Source: Epithemia pelagica
Lineage: Eukaryota > Protista > Bacillariophyta
NCBI GenBank assembly: GCA_946965045.2
Contig: OX337237.1
Span: 3,162,001-3,226,000, forward strand
DNA length: 64,000 nucleotides
Direction: 5' to 3'
A program made the position numbers and the translations under genes. The notes under the pieces were generated by a model. That model had not been told where the DNA came from. It ran no database searches and was given only the letters and a program-made list of their open reading frames with translations. The stretch's first letter is position 1. Each line of letters begins with the position of its first letter. Below are positions 51,262 to 63,673 of the stretch, one piece after another.

Positions 51262-53080
51262 TTACTCTTCGTCCCCTATGATCAGTTGTTCCAACTTGTG
51301 CAGTCGACTTTCCAACCTCTTGTTTGTCTCAGTGAACTTTTTATCAGTTTCACCAAGTCTCGTGTTTGTTTCAACCAACTTCTTGTCAGTTTCAACGAGC
51401 TTCTTGTTCTCCTCGACCAGCCTCTTGTTCTCCTGAACCAGCTTCTCGTTCAACTCCGACAGTTTTTCTAGAGAACTCGTGGCACCAACTTTCCACTTCT
51501 CAATCTGGTCCACACGATTCAACAGTGGCACAACTTTGTCCTCCTTCTTGTTGAAACTACCACGGGACGGAGACTCACGTGAGCTTGCAGACAGGGTGGC
51601 GGCATCACGGGATTTCTTGTTACTAGTCTCCACTTCCAATTCAGGATCAATCGACCTTTTCCCGGCAACACTAGGCTGTGTTGTACCATTCATCAGCAAA
51701 GATTCTTTCATCTGATGCGTCTCTTTCGCTTTGGGAGCTTCTTTCAATGCATGCTCTTTATCCACATTGTTGCTTACTTGTTTGATAACAGTGCCAAGCT
51801 TCTCAAGCTCCATATGAGACGAGCACAATTTCTGTAAAAGGCAGTAGGCAATTGTGAGAGCCGAAACATCATTTGTCCCAAAGACACTTGCAAGACGCAG
51901 CAATACGAACCTTGGTTTCTTTTTCCTTCTCCGTCAACACAAGATATTCACAATTATCTTCTTCGGAACCACCAATGGCTAAAATGCCATTGGAAATGAC
52001 AACCATGCTACCATAATTCCGTTCTGTTGTCATACATGGAAGCTTCCACACGACGCGTTGTTGAGTATCCATGACTTCGACGGATGATAAAACGTTCCTA
52101 TCGCTGTCTAACCCTCCCGCAACGACGAGGCAGGATTCCACCTTGACCACACAATGTTGAAACCGAGGAGTGTCCAGAACAAGGTCCTTCTGTATCTTCC
52201 AGGACTTTGTCAATGGAAAAACAGATGAAACAGTTGCATCTGTGGGGTTTGAGCAGTCATCAAACTCCAGGTATTCGACATGCATTTCGTGCAGCAGCGA
52301 CCATCGTTGTTTCCCACCAACGACAAAGATTCGCTGGCCAATGACAGCCATTCCAAAAAAACACCGTCCTTTGCTCAACGGTGGCCCAGAGACGACTGAA
52401 AACTGACTTTTGGATGCAGTGTCAATGATGTCTACAGATGACAAACTTGAGCGGGTTTTTTCAACGAATCCACCGACCACAACGATGAATCTGTCATGTA
52501 CAGCAGCAGCGGCACATCCCCATCGTTTTGAAGACAAATGGCAATCCAACATCTTCCATCGATTCGTAGTGCTGTCGGCAGCAGGTGTGAGAAGTAACTC
52601 TCCAACTTGAATTGCTTCCACAGTGTCCAGGTCGTCGTTGTCTCCATATCCCCCAATGACAAAAACAGTGTCATTGCAAACTACACTGGCAGAGCCAGCC
52701 CGTGCTTCGTTTAGGCGTGGCCCCTCTCTCCACTTTTTGTCAGTTTCGTTCACATTCAAAAGAAGAACCGAATTGGACATCTGTTCCCGAGCTTTCTCTC
52801 CGCCTATTACGACCACAATCTCCTCGTTGTTCTTGTCCGGATGTTTGACAACAACCGACGAGTGGCAAAAACGCCAACCTCCCAAAAGTGGAGGCCAATT
52901 GGATGATTGCCATTGCGGTTGTTGATGGTCATTGCAGTCGTCCAAGACCAATCCGGATTGGAGCGCTTGCTCCTGGATCCTCATTGTGCAAATCACCTGT
53001 CCGTCCACTTTTGCTGATTGCGTGGCTCCGTTTTTGTGTCCTCTCCCCACACGGGGAATGGTTTCGGTCATCATCATCAA
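51262..53080 (-). CDS. Kelch-repeat (6 blades) plus C-terminal coiled-coil protein, copy 1 (diverged); exons 53080-51911 and 51831-51262 (579 aa)
   Basis: Six Kelch GG motifs (VIGG, VIGGY, VVGGF, VVGG, VAGG, AIGG). Phase-0 intron at 51832-51910 (GTTCGT...TACAG). Heptad repeats ENKRLVE/ENKKLVE. Confidence 0.88.
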
Positions 53081-53394
53081 TCACCCTCTGAAGTTTCTCG
53101 ACGCGCAAAGACTCACGATCGTACACCACACGTCGGAGTTTGCTCAAAATCGCGCGTCTCATCCGTTACGTCATTGTGAGCGTGTGGATGATTCACGTGC
53201 AAGTCGCATTGTCGGTTTGGAATCGATACGTTGACTGTGTCTCCTTGTCGTCTCTCATCATCAGTTATTTTTTTTTGCGAAACGAGATTGTGAGAAAGGG
53301 CGCGACTCCAAATTTGAGAATTGTTGCGCGGGCGGCGGGCGCTCGAAAAAATTGCGCACGTACAAGTCTGCCCTTCCTGCACGAGGGCACGAAC

Positions 53395-53408
53395 TTTGCC
53401 GCGCCAAA
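53395..53408. promoter_or_regulatory. Overlapping two-strand E2F-like site TTTGCCGCGCCAAA in the divergent promoter (repeated at 57779 and 62163)
   Basis: Matches TTTSSCGC on both strands (TTTGCCGC and TTTGGCGC), within a CGCG-rich intergenic region. Confidence 0.3.
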
Positions 53409-53981
53409 ACAATGGTCGTCTGTCATTTATCCGAGATGCAGATGGAGCACACATACCGTCTGTCCGTCCATCCTGAGCACGACGCCTGGCAGGCACATCG
53501 GGGCGGCGGCCTCGCAGGCTCGAAATTCGGAAGAGGTGTTGTGACAAGATCTTTCGAACATTCCGTTGGTTCGGTCAGCGCTCGCTCTCCCCCAAGCCAA
53601 GAAGAAAGAAGACAGCACTCCAAATTTTTTGCATTTCATCGAAGCCACACACACGCACCCCACAAACTGCCAAAAAAAAGATTCTGTTTTCTCTTGTTCC
53701 CTTCTTTGGTGCCCAGCAACAAAACATCAAACAAAGAAGGAGCAGATCATCGAAACACATGATTGACACACATCATCCCCATCTCAGAATCGAAGGATCC
53801 AAGGAGAGTTCAAAGTGCTATTAGGTTCGAGGTTTAGCTCTATAAGAGAGTGCTGCTGCTGCTTGTTCCTCTTATTTTTGTGCATTGAATTCGATATATC
53901 CAACGACCGCATCCGTCTGTTTGTGCTCATACTATACACGTGGTGTTCCATTCCATTCACAACGACCGTGACAACGACACC

Positions 53982-54905
53982 ATGCCTGCTACTATCACTA
54001 CAAGTAACGCCACGGCTGGGGACGAAATTGAACAATTGACCTTGCAAGCAGATGCCATTTTGGAGACCCTACGATTGGAAACCCACAAATCGAACAACAA
54101 CCACGACAACATCGAGGACAACAACTTTTCTCCAGACGAAACGACCGCATCCTCTCCTACCGCACGTGCCATTTCCACTACACACCAATGGTTGCAATGG
54201 TCCAACCACACACAAGAACAAGAAGAATCCACAGCGGCCGTGGTTCCATCCGATTCGCAATCCTTTTCCTCTTCGTACAGCAATCCTCCTATCAATACTA
54301 GCGACCAGCCACCAAATGTGGATGAGTTACAGCAGGAACAAGGAGAAGAACAAGCTTCCTCGTCGTTGTTGTCCTCCTGGTTGGCCCAGACTCGTCGTTC
54401 CGATCCTCTCCACCATTCAGAAAGTGACAATGATGAGGATGCCATTCCTCCCATGGTGGTCATGGTCGGTGGTGGCTTACTCGGTGCCAATTTGGTGCAA
54501 CACCAAGAATATTTGCAAGAACAAAAGACTCTCAAACACCATCAACAAGTGCAATCGCAATTGGCTAGCCAAGCGGCGGCCAAGGCGCGAGCCAATGAGG
54601 AACGACGCAAAGAACAAGAACGAAGCGAACGACGACGACGACGACGCAGAGCGGCACTCGAACAGGAGCAGAACCACACGATGCAACTCGAGAACCACAA
54701 GCCGTTTGCCGTTACATGGTTGGATGTCGCCTTGCTGAGTGCTACACTGGTGGTTCTAACCAGTGTCGCTTGGCTCGTGTTTGGATCATCTCAACCACAA
54801 TCATCTTCTTATTCTTCACAAGCACAGCAGCAAGCCCTCTTGTTGCATCCGGATGGACACATGATTACACCATTGGCCTCGTGGTATCCTCCAAGAAGAT
54901 TCTAG
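53982..54905 (+). CDS. Hypothetical protein (307 aa) with coiled coil and a near-C-terminal TM helix, copy 1
   Basis: First ATG at 53982; charged helix EERRKEQERSERRRRRRRAALEQE; TM WLDVALLSATLVVLTSVAWLVFG. Confidence 0.7.
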   Translation: MPATITTSNATAGDEIEQLTLQADAILETLRLETHKSNNNHDNIEDNNFSPDETTASSPTARAISTTHQWLQWSNHTQEQEESTAAVVPSDSQSFSSSYSNPPINTSDQPPNVDELQQEQGEEQASSSLLSSWLAQTRRSDPLHHSESDNDEDAIPPMVVMVGGGLLGANLVQHQEYLQEQKTLKHHQQVQSQLASQAAAKARANEERRKEQERSERRRRRRRAALEQEQNHTMQLENHKPFAVTWLDVALLSATLVVLTSVAWLVFGSSQPQSSSYSSQAQQQALLLHPDGHMITPLASWYPPRRF

Positions 54906-55666
54906 GACTTTCGGATCCTTGCCGTCTCCGATTCGAACCACACACACATGTACACGATCATGTTGCTGCTGGACGAGGTATTCCCTGCGGTGGCACAGTT
55001 GGCTACCGTGTCGAACGAGTTGCGCGCACGGCACCCACACGAGAATGAACCAAAGGCCGGGTGCCAATACTCGTTGTGTGGTTCCGCAACTCGTGGTGGT
55101 GGTCGTTCCGTCACTCGTGGACCGAGACTGTCTGTGGCACATGCCGCAACAACCAGAAACGATTGCATAAAACAGAGCCACACAAGAACGGAAAGAGCTA
55201 CATTGACTGCCCAGGAAAAGACTTGGGGCCACCGAACCGTTGTTGTCCTCCTCCACTGAGCGGTAGATTCTATTCTCTCTAGCGACCATGATGTTCATTC
55301 TGCACAGAGAGTGAGTAGGGTCGACCAGTCTAATGACTGCCTCCAAACTAACCATTCCAGTATTACGACATCGAAATGATTTAGAGATTGACATGTCTCG
55401 CGTCATATGTGCCCAATAACGCGACCACCATCGTGTATCGAAATCCACAGCCATCCACCTCTCCATTCTAGAGGAACGAGGACTCCCATGGTGTAGTGTA
55501 CAAGTATGAATCTATTAGGAGTACTCCTTTTGCAAATAGGGACCCGATCGAGCGCTCATATCGGGACAAGGCTAAGACACTATGGTAAACAGGAGGACTA
55601 AGTAGGACTGCCAAGAGTATATGATGCTTCCTTACCGCCATGCCATCTCATAAACAAACAGAGTTT

Positions 55667-57464
55667 CTACTCTTCGTCCCCTATGATCAATTGTTCCAAC
55701 TTGTGCAGTCGACTTTCCAACCTCTTGTTTGTTTCACCAAGTCTCGTGTTTGTTTCAACCAACTTCTTGTCACTTTCAACGAGCTTCTTGTTCTCCTCGA
55801 CCAGCCTCTTGTTCTCCTGAACCAGCTTCTCGTTCAACTCCGACAGTTTTTCTAGAGAACTCGTGGCACCAACTTTCCATTTCTCAATCTGGTCCACACG
55901 ATTCAACAGTGGTACAACTTTGTCCTCCTTCTTGTTGAAACTACCATGGGACGGAGACTCACGTGAGCTTGTTTTAGACAGGGTGGTGGCATCACGGGAT
56001 TTCTTGTTGCTGGTCTCCACTTCCAATTCAGGATCAATCGACCGTTTCCCGACAATACTAGGCTGTGTTGTACCATTGATCAAAAAAGATTCTTTCATCT
56101 GATGCGTCTCTTTCGCTTTGGGAGCTTCTTTCAATGCATGCTCTTTATCCGCATTGTTGCTTACTTGTGTGATAACAGTGCCAGGCTCCTCAAGCTCCAT
56201 ATGAGACGAGCACGATTTCTGTAAAAGGCAGTAGGCAATTGTGAGACCCGAGACATCATTTGTCCCAAAGACACTTACAAGACGCAGCAATACGAACCTT
56301 GGTTTCTTTTTTCTTCTCCGTCAACGCAAGATATTCACAAGTATCTTTTTGGTAACCACCAATGGCTAAAATGCCATTGGAAATGACAACCATGCTACCA
56401 TAATTCCGTTCTGTTGTCATACGTGGAAGCTTCCACACGACGCGTTGTTCAGTGTCCATGACTTCGACGGATGATAATGGGTTCGAATCCCTGTCTACCC
56501 CTCCCGCAACAACGAGGCAGGATGCCACCTTGACCACACAATGTTGACCCCGAGGAGTGTCCGGAACAAGGTCCTTCTGTATCTTCCAGGACTTTGTCAA
56601 TGGAAAAACAGATGAAACAGTTGCATCTGTATGGTTTGACCAGTCATCAAACTCCAGGTATTCGACTGGTATTTTGTGCACCGAACACACTTGTCTCTCA
56701 CCAGCGACATAGATTCGCTGGCCAATGACAGCCATTCCAAAAAAACACCGTCCTTTGTTCAACGGTGGCCCAGAGATGACTGAAAACTGACTTTTGGATG
56801 CAGTGTCAATAATGTCTACAGATGACAAAAAAGAGCAGGTGCTTTCTTCAAATCCACCGACCACAACGATGAATCTGTCATGTACAGCAGCAGCGGCACA
56901 TCCCCATCGTTTAGCAGACAAATGGCAATCCAACATCTTCCATCGATTCGTAGTGCTGTCGGCAGCAGGTGTGAGAAGTAACTCTCCAACTTGAATTGCT
57001 TCCACAGTGTCCAGGTCGTCGTTGTCTCCATATCCCCCAATGACAAAAAGAGTGTCATTGCAAACTACACTGGCAGAGCCAACCCGTGCTTCGTTTAGGC
57101 GTGGCCCCTCTCTCCATTTTTTGTCAGTTTCGTTCACATTCAAAAAAAGAACCGAATTGGACATCTGTGACTGTGATTTCTGTCCGCCTATGACGACCAC
57201 AATCTCCTCGTTGTTCTTGTCTGGATGTTTTACAACAACCGACGAGTGGCCCCACCGCCAACCTCCCAAAAGTGGAGGCCAATTGGCTGATTGCCATTGC
57301 GGTTCTTGATGGTCATTGCAGTCGTCCAAGACCAATCCGGATTTGAGCGCTTGCTCCTGGATCCTCATTGTGCAAATCACCTGTCCGTCCACTTTTGCTG
57401 ATTGCGTGGCTCCGTTTTTGTGTCCTCTCCCCACACGGGGAATGGTTTCGGTCATCATCATCAA
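55667..57464 (-). CDS. Kelch plus coiled-coil protein, copy 2; exons 57464-56298 and 56218-55667 (572 aa)
   Basis: Same structure as copy 1; intron at 56219-56297. Confidence 0.88.
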
Positions 57465-58365
57465 TCACCCTCTGAAGTTTCTCGACGCGCAAAGACTCAC
57501 GATCGTACACCACACGTCGGAGTTTGCTCAAAATCGCGCGTCTCATCCGTTACGTCATTGTGAGCGTGTGGATGATTCACGTGCAAGTCGCATTGTCGGT
57601 TTGGAATCGATACGTTGACTGTGTCTCCTTGTCGTCTCTCATCATCAGTTATTTTTTTTTGCGAAACGAGATTGTGAGAAAGGGCGCGACTCCAAATTTG
57701 AGAATTGTTGCGCGGGCGGCGGGCGCTCGAAAAAATTGCGCACGTACAAGTCTGCCCTTCCTGCACGAGGGCACGAACTTTGCCGCGCCAAAACAATGGT
57801 CGTCTGTCATTTATCCGAGATGCAGATGGAGCACACATACCGTCTGTCCGTCCATCCTGAGCACGACGCCTGGCAGGCACATCGGGGCGGCGGCCTCGCA
57901 GGCTCGAAATTCGGAAGAGGTGTTGTGACAAGATCTTTCGAACATTCCGTTGGTTCGGTCAGCGCTCGCTCTCCCCCAAGCCAAGAAGAAAGAAGACAGC
58001 ACTCCAAATTTTTTGCATTTCATCGAAGCCACACACACGCACCCCACAAACTGCCAAAAAAAAGATTCTGTTTTCTCTTGTTCCCTTCTTTGGTGCCCAG
58101 CAACAAAACATCAAACAAAGAAGGAGCAGATCATCGAAACACATGATTGACACACATCATCCCCATCTCAGAATCGAAGGATCCAAGGAGAGTTCAAAGT
58201 GCTATTAGGTTCGAGGTTTAGCTCTATAAGAGAGTGCTGCTGCTGCTTGTTCCTCTTATTTTTGTGCATTGAATTCGATATATCCAACGACCGCATCCGT
58301 CTGTTTGTGCTCATACTATACACGTGGTGTTCCATTCCATTCACAACGACCGTGACAACGACACC

Positions 58366-59289
58366 ATGCCTGCTACTATCACTACAAGTAACGCCACGGC
58401 TGGGGACGAAATTGAACAATTGACCTTGCAAGCAGATGCCATTTTGGAGACCCTACGATTGGAAACCCACAAATCGAACAACAACCACGACAACATCGAG
58501 GACAACAACTTTTCTCCAGACGAAACGACCGCATCCTCTCCTACCGCACGTGCCATTTCCACTACACACCAATGGTTGCAATGGTCCAACCACACACAAG
58601 AACAAGAAGAATCCACAGCGGCCGTGGTTCCATCCGATTCGCAATCCTTTTCCTCTTCGTACAGCAATCCTCCTATCAATACTAGCGACCAGCCACCAAA
58701 TGTGGATGAGTTACAGCAGGAACAAGGAGAAGAACAAGCTTCCTCGTCGTTGTTGTCCTCCTGGTTGGCCCAGACTCGTCGTTCCGATCCTCTCCACCAT
58801 TCAGAAAGTGACAATGATGAGGATGCCATTCCTCCCATGGTGGTCATGGTCGGTGGTGGCTTACTCGGTGCCAATTTGGTGCAACACCAAGAATATTTGC
58901 AAGAACAAAAGACTCTCAAACACCATCAACAAGTGCAATCGCAATTGGCTAGCCAAGCGGCGGCCAAGGCGCGAGCCAATGAGGAACGACGCAAAGAACA
59001 AGAACGAAGCGAACGACGACGACGACGACGCAGAGCGGCACTCGAACAGGAGCAGAACCACACGATGCAACTCGAGAACCACAAGCCGTTTGCCGTTACA
59101 TGGTTGGATGTCGCCTTGCTGAGTGCTACACTGGTGGTTCTAACCAGTGTCGCTTGGCTCGTGTTTGGATCATCTCAACCACAATCATCTTCTTATTCTT
59201 CACAAGCACAGCAGCAAGCCCTCTTGTTGCATCCGGATGGACACATGATTACACCATTGGCCTCGTGGTATCCTCCAAGAAGATTCTAG
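58366..59289 (+). CDS. Coiled-coil/TM hypothetical protein, copy 2
   Basis: Translation identical to 53982-54905. Confidence 0.7.
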   Translation: MPATITTSNATAGDEIEQLTLQADAILETLRLETHKSNNNHDNIEDNNFSPDETTASSPTARAISTTHQWLQWSNHTQEQEESTAAVVPSDSQSFSSSYSNPPINTSDQPPNVDELQQEQGEEQASSSLLSSWLAQTRRSDPLHHSESDNDEDAIPPMVVMVGGGLLGANLVQHQEYLQEQKTLKHHQQVQSQLASQAAAKARANEERRKEQERSERRRRRRRAALEQEQNHTMQLENHKPFAVTWLDVALLSATLVVLTSVAWLVFGSSQPQSSSYSSQAQQQALLLHPDGHMITPLASWYPPRRF

Positions 59290-60050
59290 GACTTTCGGAT
59301 CCTTGCCGTCTCCGATTCGAACCACACACACATGTACACGATCATGTTGCTGCTGGACGAGGTATTCCCTGCGGTGGCACAGTTGGCTACCGTGTCGAAC
59401 GAGTTGCGCGCACGGCACCCACACGAGAATGAACCAAAGGCCGGGTGCCAATACTCGTTGTGTGGTTCCGCAACTCGTGGTGGTGGTCGTTCCGTCACTC
59501 GTGGACCGAGACTGTCTGTGGCACATGCCGCAACAACCAGAAACGATTGCATAAAACAGAGCCACACAAGAACGGAAAGAGCTACATTGACTGCCCAGGA
59601 AAAGACTTGGGGCCACCGAACCGTTGTTGTCCTCCTCCACTGAGCGGTAGATTCTATTCTCTCTAGCGACCATGATGTTCATTCTGCACAGAGAGTGAGT
59701 AGGGTCGACCAGTCTAATGACTGCCTCCAAACTAACCATTCCAGTATTACGACATCGAAATGATTTAGAGATTGACATGTCTCGCGTCATATGTGCCCAA
59801 TAACGCGACCACCATCGTGTATCGAAATCCACAGCCATCCACCTCTCCATTCTAGAGGAACGAGGACTCCCATGGTGTAGTGTACAAGTATGAATCTATT
59901 AGGAGTACTCCTTTTGCAAATAGGGACCCGATCGAGCGCTCATATCGGGACAAGGCTAAGACACTATGGTAAACAGGAGGACTAAGTAGGACTGCCAAGA
60001 GTATATGATGCTTCCTTACCGCCATGCCATCTCATAAACAAACAGAGTTT

Positions 60051-61848
60051 CTACTCTTCGTCCCCTATGATCAATTGTTCCAACTTGTGCAGTCGACTTT
60101 CCAACCTCTTGTTTGTTTCACCAAGTCTCGTGTTTGTTTCAACCAACTTCTTGTCACTTTCAACGAGCTTCTTGTTCTCCTCGACCAGCCTCTTGTTCTC
60201 CTGAACCAGCTTCTCGTTCAACTCCGACAGTTTTTCTAGAGAACTCGTGGCACCAACTTTCCATTTCTCAATCTGGTCCACACGATTCAACAGTGGTACA
60301 ACTTTGTCCTCCTTCTTGTTGAAACTACCATGGGACGGAGACTCACGTGAGCTTGTTTTAGACAGGGTGGTGGCATCACGGGATTTCTTGTTGCTGGTCT
60401 CCACTTCCAATTCAGGATCAATCGACCGTTTCCCGACAATACTAGGCTGTGTTGTACCATTGATCAAAAAAGATTCTTTCATCTGATGCGTCTCTTTCGC
60501 TTTGGGAGCTTCTTTCAATGCATGCTCTTTATCCGCATTGTTGCTTACTTGTGTGATAACAGTGCCAGGCTCCTCAAGCTCCATATGAGACGAGCACGAT
60601 TTCTGTAAAAGGCAGTAGGCAATTGTGAGACCCGAGACATCATTTGTCCCAAAGACACTTACAAGACGCAGCAATACGAACCTTGGTTTCTTTTTTCTTC
60701 TCCGTCAACGCAAGATATTCACAAGTATCTTTTTGGTAACCACCAATGGCTAAAATGCCATTGGAAATGACAACCATGCTACCATAATTCCGTTCTGTTG
60801 TCATACGTGGAAGCTTCCACACGACGCGTTGTTCAGTGTCCATGACTTCGACGGATGATAATGGGTTCGAATCCCTGTCTACCCCTCCCGCAACAACGAG
60901 GCAGGATGCCACCTTGACCACACAATGTTGACCCCGAGGAGTGTCCGGAACAAGGTCCTTCTGTATCTTCCAGGACTTTGTCAATGGAAAAACAGATGAA
61001 ACAGTTGCATCTGTATGGTTTGACCAGTCATCAAACTCCAGGTATTCGACTGGTATTTTGTGCACCGAACACACTTGTCTCTCACCAGCGACATAGATTC
61101 GCTGGCCAATGACAGCCATTCCAAAAAAACACCGTCCTTTGTTCAACGGTGGCCCAGAGATGACTGAAAACTGACTTTTGGATGCAGTGTCAATAATGTC
61201 TACAGATGACAAAAAAGAGCAGGTGCTTTCTTCAAATCCACCGACCACAACGATGAATCTGTCATGTACAGCAGCAGCGGCACATCCCCATCGTTTTGAA
61301 GACAAATGGCAATCCAACATCTTCCATCGATTCGTAGTGCTGTCGGCAGCAGGTGTGAGAAGTAACTCTCCAACTTGAATTGCTTCCACAGTGTCCAGGT
61401 CGTCGTTGTCTCCATATCCCCCAATGACAAAAAGAGTGTCATTGCAAACTACACTGGCAGAGCCAACCCGTGCTTCGTTTAGGCGTGGCCCCTCTCTCCA
61501 TTTTTTGTCAGTTTCGTTCACATTCAAAAAAAGAACCGAATTGGACATCTGTGACTGTGATTTCTGTCCGCCTATGACGACCACAATCTCCTCGTTGTTC
61601 TTGTCTGGATGTTTTACAACAACCGACGAGTGGCCCCACCGCCAACCTCCCAAAAGTGGAGGCCAATTGGCTGATTGCCATTGCGGTTCTTGATGGTCAT
61701 TGCAGTCGTCCAAGACCAATCCGGATTTGAGCGCTTGCTCCTGGATCCTCATTGTGCAAATCACCTGTCCGTCCACTTTTGCTGATTGCGTGGCTCCGTT
61801 TTTGTGTCCTCTCCCCACACGGGGAATGGTTTCGGTCATCATCATCAA
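60051..61848 (-). CDS. Kelch plus coiled-coil protein, copy 3; exons 61848-60682 and 60602-60051 (572 aa)
   Basis: Identical to copy 2 in translation except LSSKRW vs LSAKRW; intron at 60603-60681. Confidence 0.88.
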
Positions 61849-62749
61849 TCACCCTCTGAAGTTTCTCGACGCGCAAAGACTCACGATCGTACACCACACG
61901 TCGGAGTTTGCTCAAAATCGCGCGTCTCATCCGTTACGTCATTGTGAGCGTGTGGATGATTCACGTGCAAGTCGCATTGTCGGTTTGGAATCGATACGTT
62001 GACTGTGTCTCCTTGTCGTCTCTCATCATCAGTTATTTTTTTTTGCGAAACGAGATTGTGAGAAAGGGCGCGACTCCAAATTTGAGAATTGTTGCGCGGG
62101 CGGCGGGCGCTCGAAAAAATTGCGCACGTACAAGTCTGCCCTTCCTGCACGAGGGCACGAACTTTGCCGCGCCAAAACAATGGTCGTCTGTCATTTATCC
62201 GAGATGCAGATGGAGCACACATACCGTCTGTCCGTCCATCCTGAGCACGACGCCTGGCAGGCACATCGGGGCGGCGGCCTCGCAGGCTCGAAATTCGGAA
62301 GAGGTGTTGTGACAAGATCTTTCGAACATTCCGTTGGTTCGGTCAGCGCTCGCTCTCCCCCAAGCCAAGAAGAAAGAAGACAGCACTCCAAATTTTTTGC
62401 ATTTCATCGAAGCCACACACACGCACCCCACAAACTGCCAAAAAAAAGATTCTGTTTTCTCTTGTTCCCTTCTTTGGTGCCCAGCAACAAAACATCAAAC
62501 AAAGAAGGAGCAGATCATCGAAACACATGATTGACACACATCATCCCCATCTCAGAATCGAAGGATCCAAGGAGAGTTCAAAGTGCTATTAGGTTCGAGG
62601 TTTAGCTCTATAAGAGAGTGCTGCTGCTGCTTGTTCCTCTTATTTTTGTGCATTGAATTCGATATATCCAACGACCGCATCCGTCTGTTTGTGCTCATAC
62701 TATACACGTGGTGTTCCATTCCATTCACAACGACCGTGACAACGACACC

Positions 62750-63673
62750 ATGCCTGCTACTATCACTACAAGTAACGCCACGGCTGGGGACGAAATTGAA
62801 CAATTGACCTTGCAAGCAGATGCCATTTTGGAGACCCTACGATTGGAAACCCACAAATCGAACAACAACCACGACAACATCGAGGACAACAACTTTTCTC
62901 CAGACGAAACGACCGCATCCTCTCCTACCGCACGTGCCATTTCCACTACACACCAATGGTTGCAATGGTCCAACCACACACAAGAACAAGAAGAATCCAC
63001 AGCGGCCGTGGTTCCATCCGATTCGCAATCCTTTTCCTCTTCGTACAGCAATCCTCCTATCAATACTAGCGACCAGCCACCAAATGTGGATGAGTTACAG
63101 CAGGAACAAGGAGAAGAACAAGCTTCCTCGTCGTTGTTGTCCTCCTGGTTGGCCCAGACTCGTCGTTCCGATCCTCTCCACCATTCAGAAAGTGACAATG
63201 ATGAGGATGCCATTCCTCCCATGGTGGTCATGGTCGGTGGTGGCTTACTCGGTGCCAATTTGGTGCAACACCAAGAATATTTGCAAGAACAAAAGACTCT
63301 CAAACACCATCAACAAGTGCAATCGCAATTGGCTAGCCAAGCGGCGGCCAAGGCGCGAGCCAATGAGGAACGACGCAAAGAACAAGAACGAAGCGAACGA
63401 CGACGACGACGACGCAGAGCGGCACTCGAACAGGAGCAGAACCACACGATGCAACTCGAGAACCACAAGCCGTTTGCCGTTACATGGTTGGATGTCGCCT
63501 TGCTGAGTGCTACACTGGTGGTTCTAACCAGTGTCGCTTGGCTCGTGTTTGGATCATCTCAACCACAATCATCTTCTTATTCTTCACAAGCACAGCAGCA
63601 AGCCCTCTTGTTGCATCCGGATGGACACATGATTACACCATTGGCCTCGTGGTATCCTCCAAGAAGATTCTAG
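62750..63673 (+). CDS. Coiled-coil/TM hypothetical protein, copy 3
   Basis: Translation identical to 53982-54905. Confidence 0.7.
   Translation: MPATITTSNATAGDEIEQLTLQADAILETLRLETHKSNNNHDNIEDNNFSPDETTASSPTARAISTTHQWLQWSNHTQEQEESTAAVVPSDSQSFSSSYSNPPINTSDQPPNVDELQQEQGEEQASSSLLSSWLAQTRRSDPLHHSESDNDEDAIPPMVVMVGGGLLGANLVQHQEYLQEQKTLKHHQQVQSQLASQAAAKARANEERRKEQERSERRRRRRRAALEQEQNHTMQLENHKPFAVTWLDVALLSATLVVLTSVAWLVFGSSQPQSSSYSSQAQQQALLLHPDGHMITPLASWYPPRRF

Noticed and set aside
51290-51480. Short periodic repeats resembling a CRISPR-like array
   Set aside because: They are in-frame 21-bp coding heptads with no unique spacers, in a eukaryotic gene.
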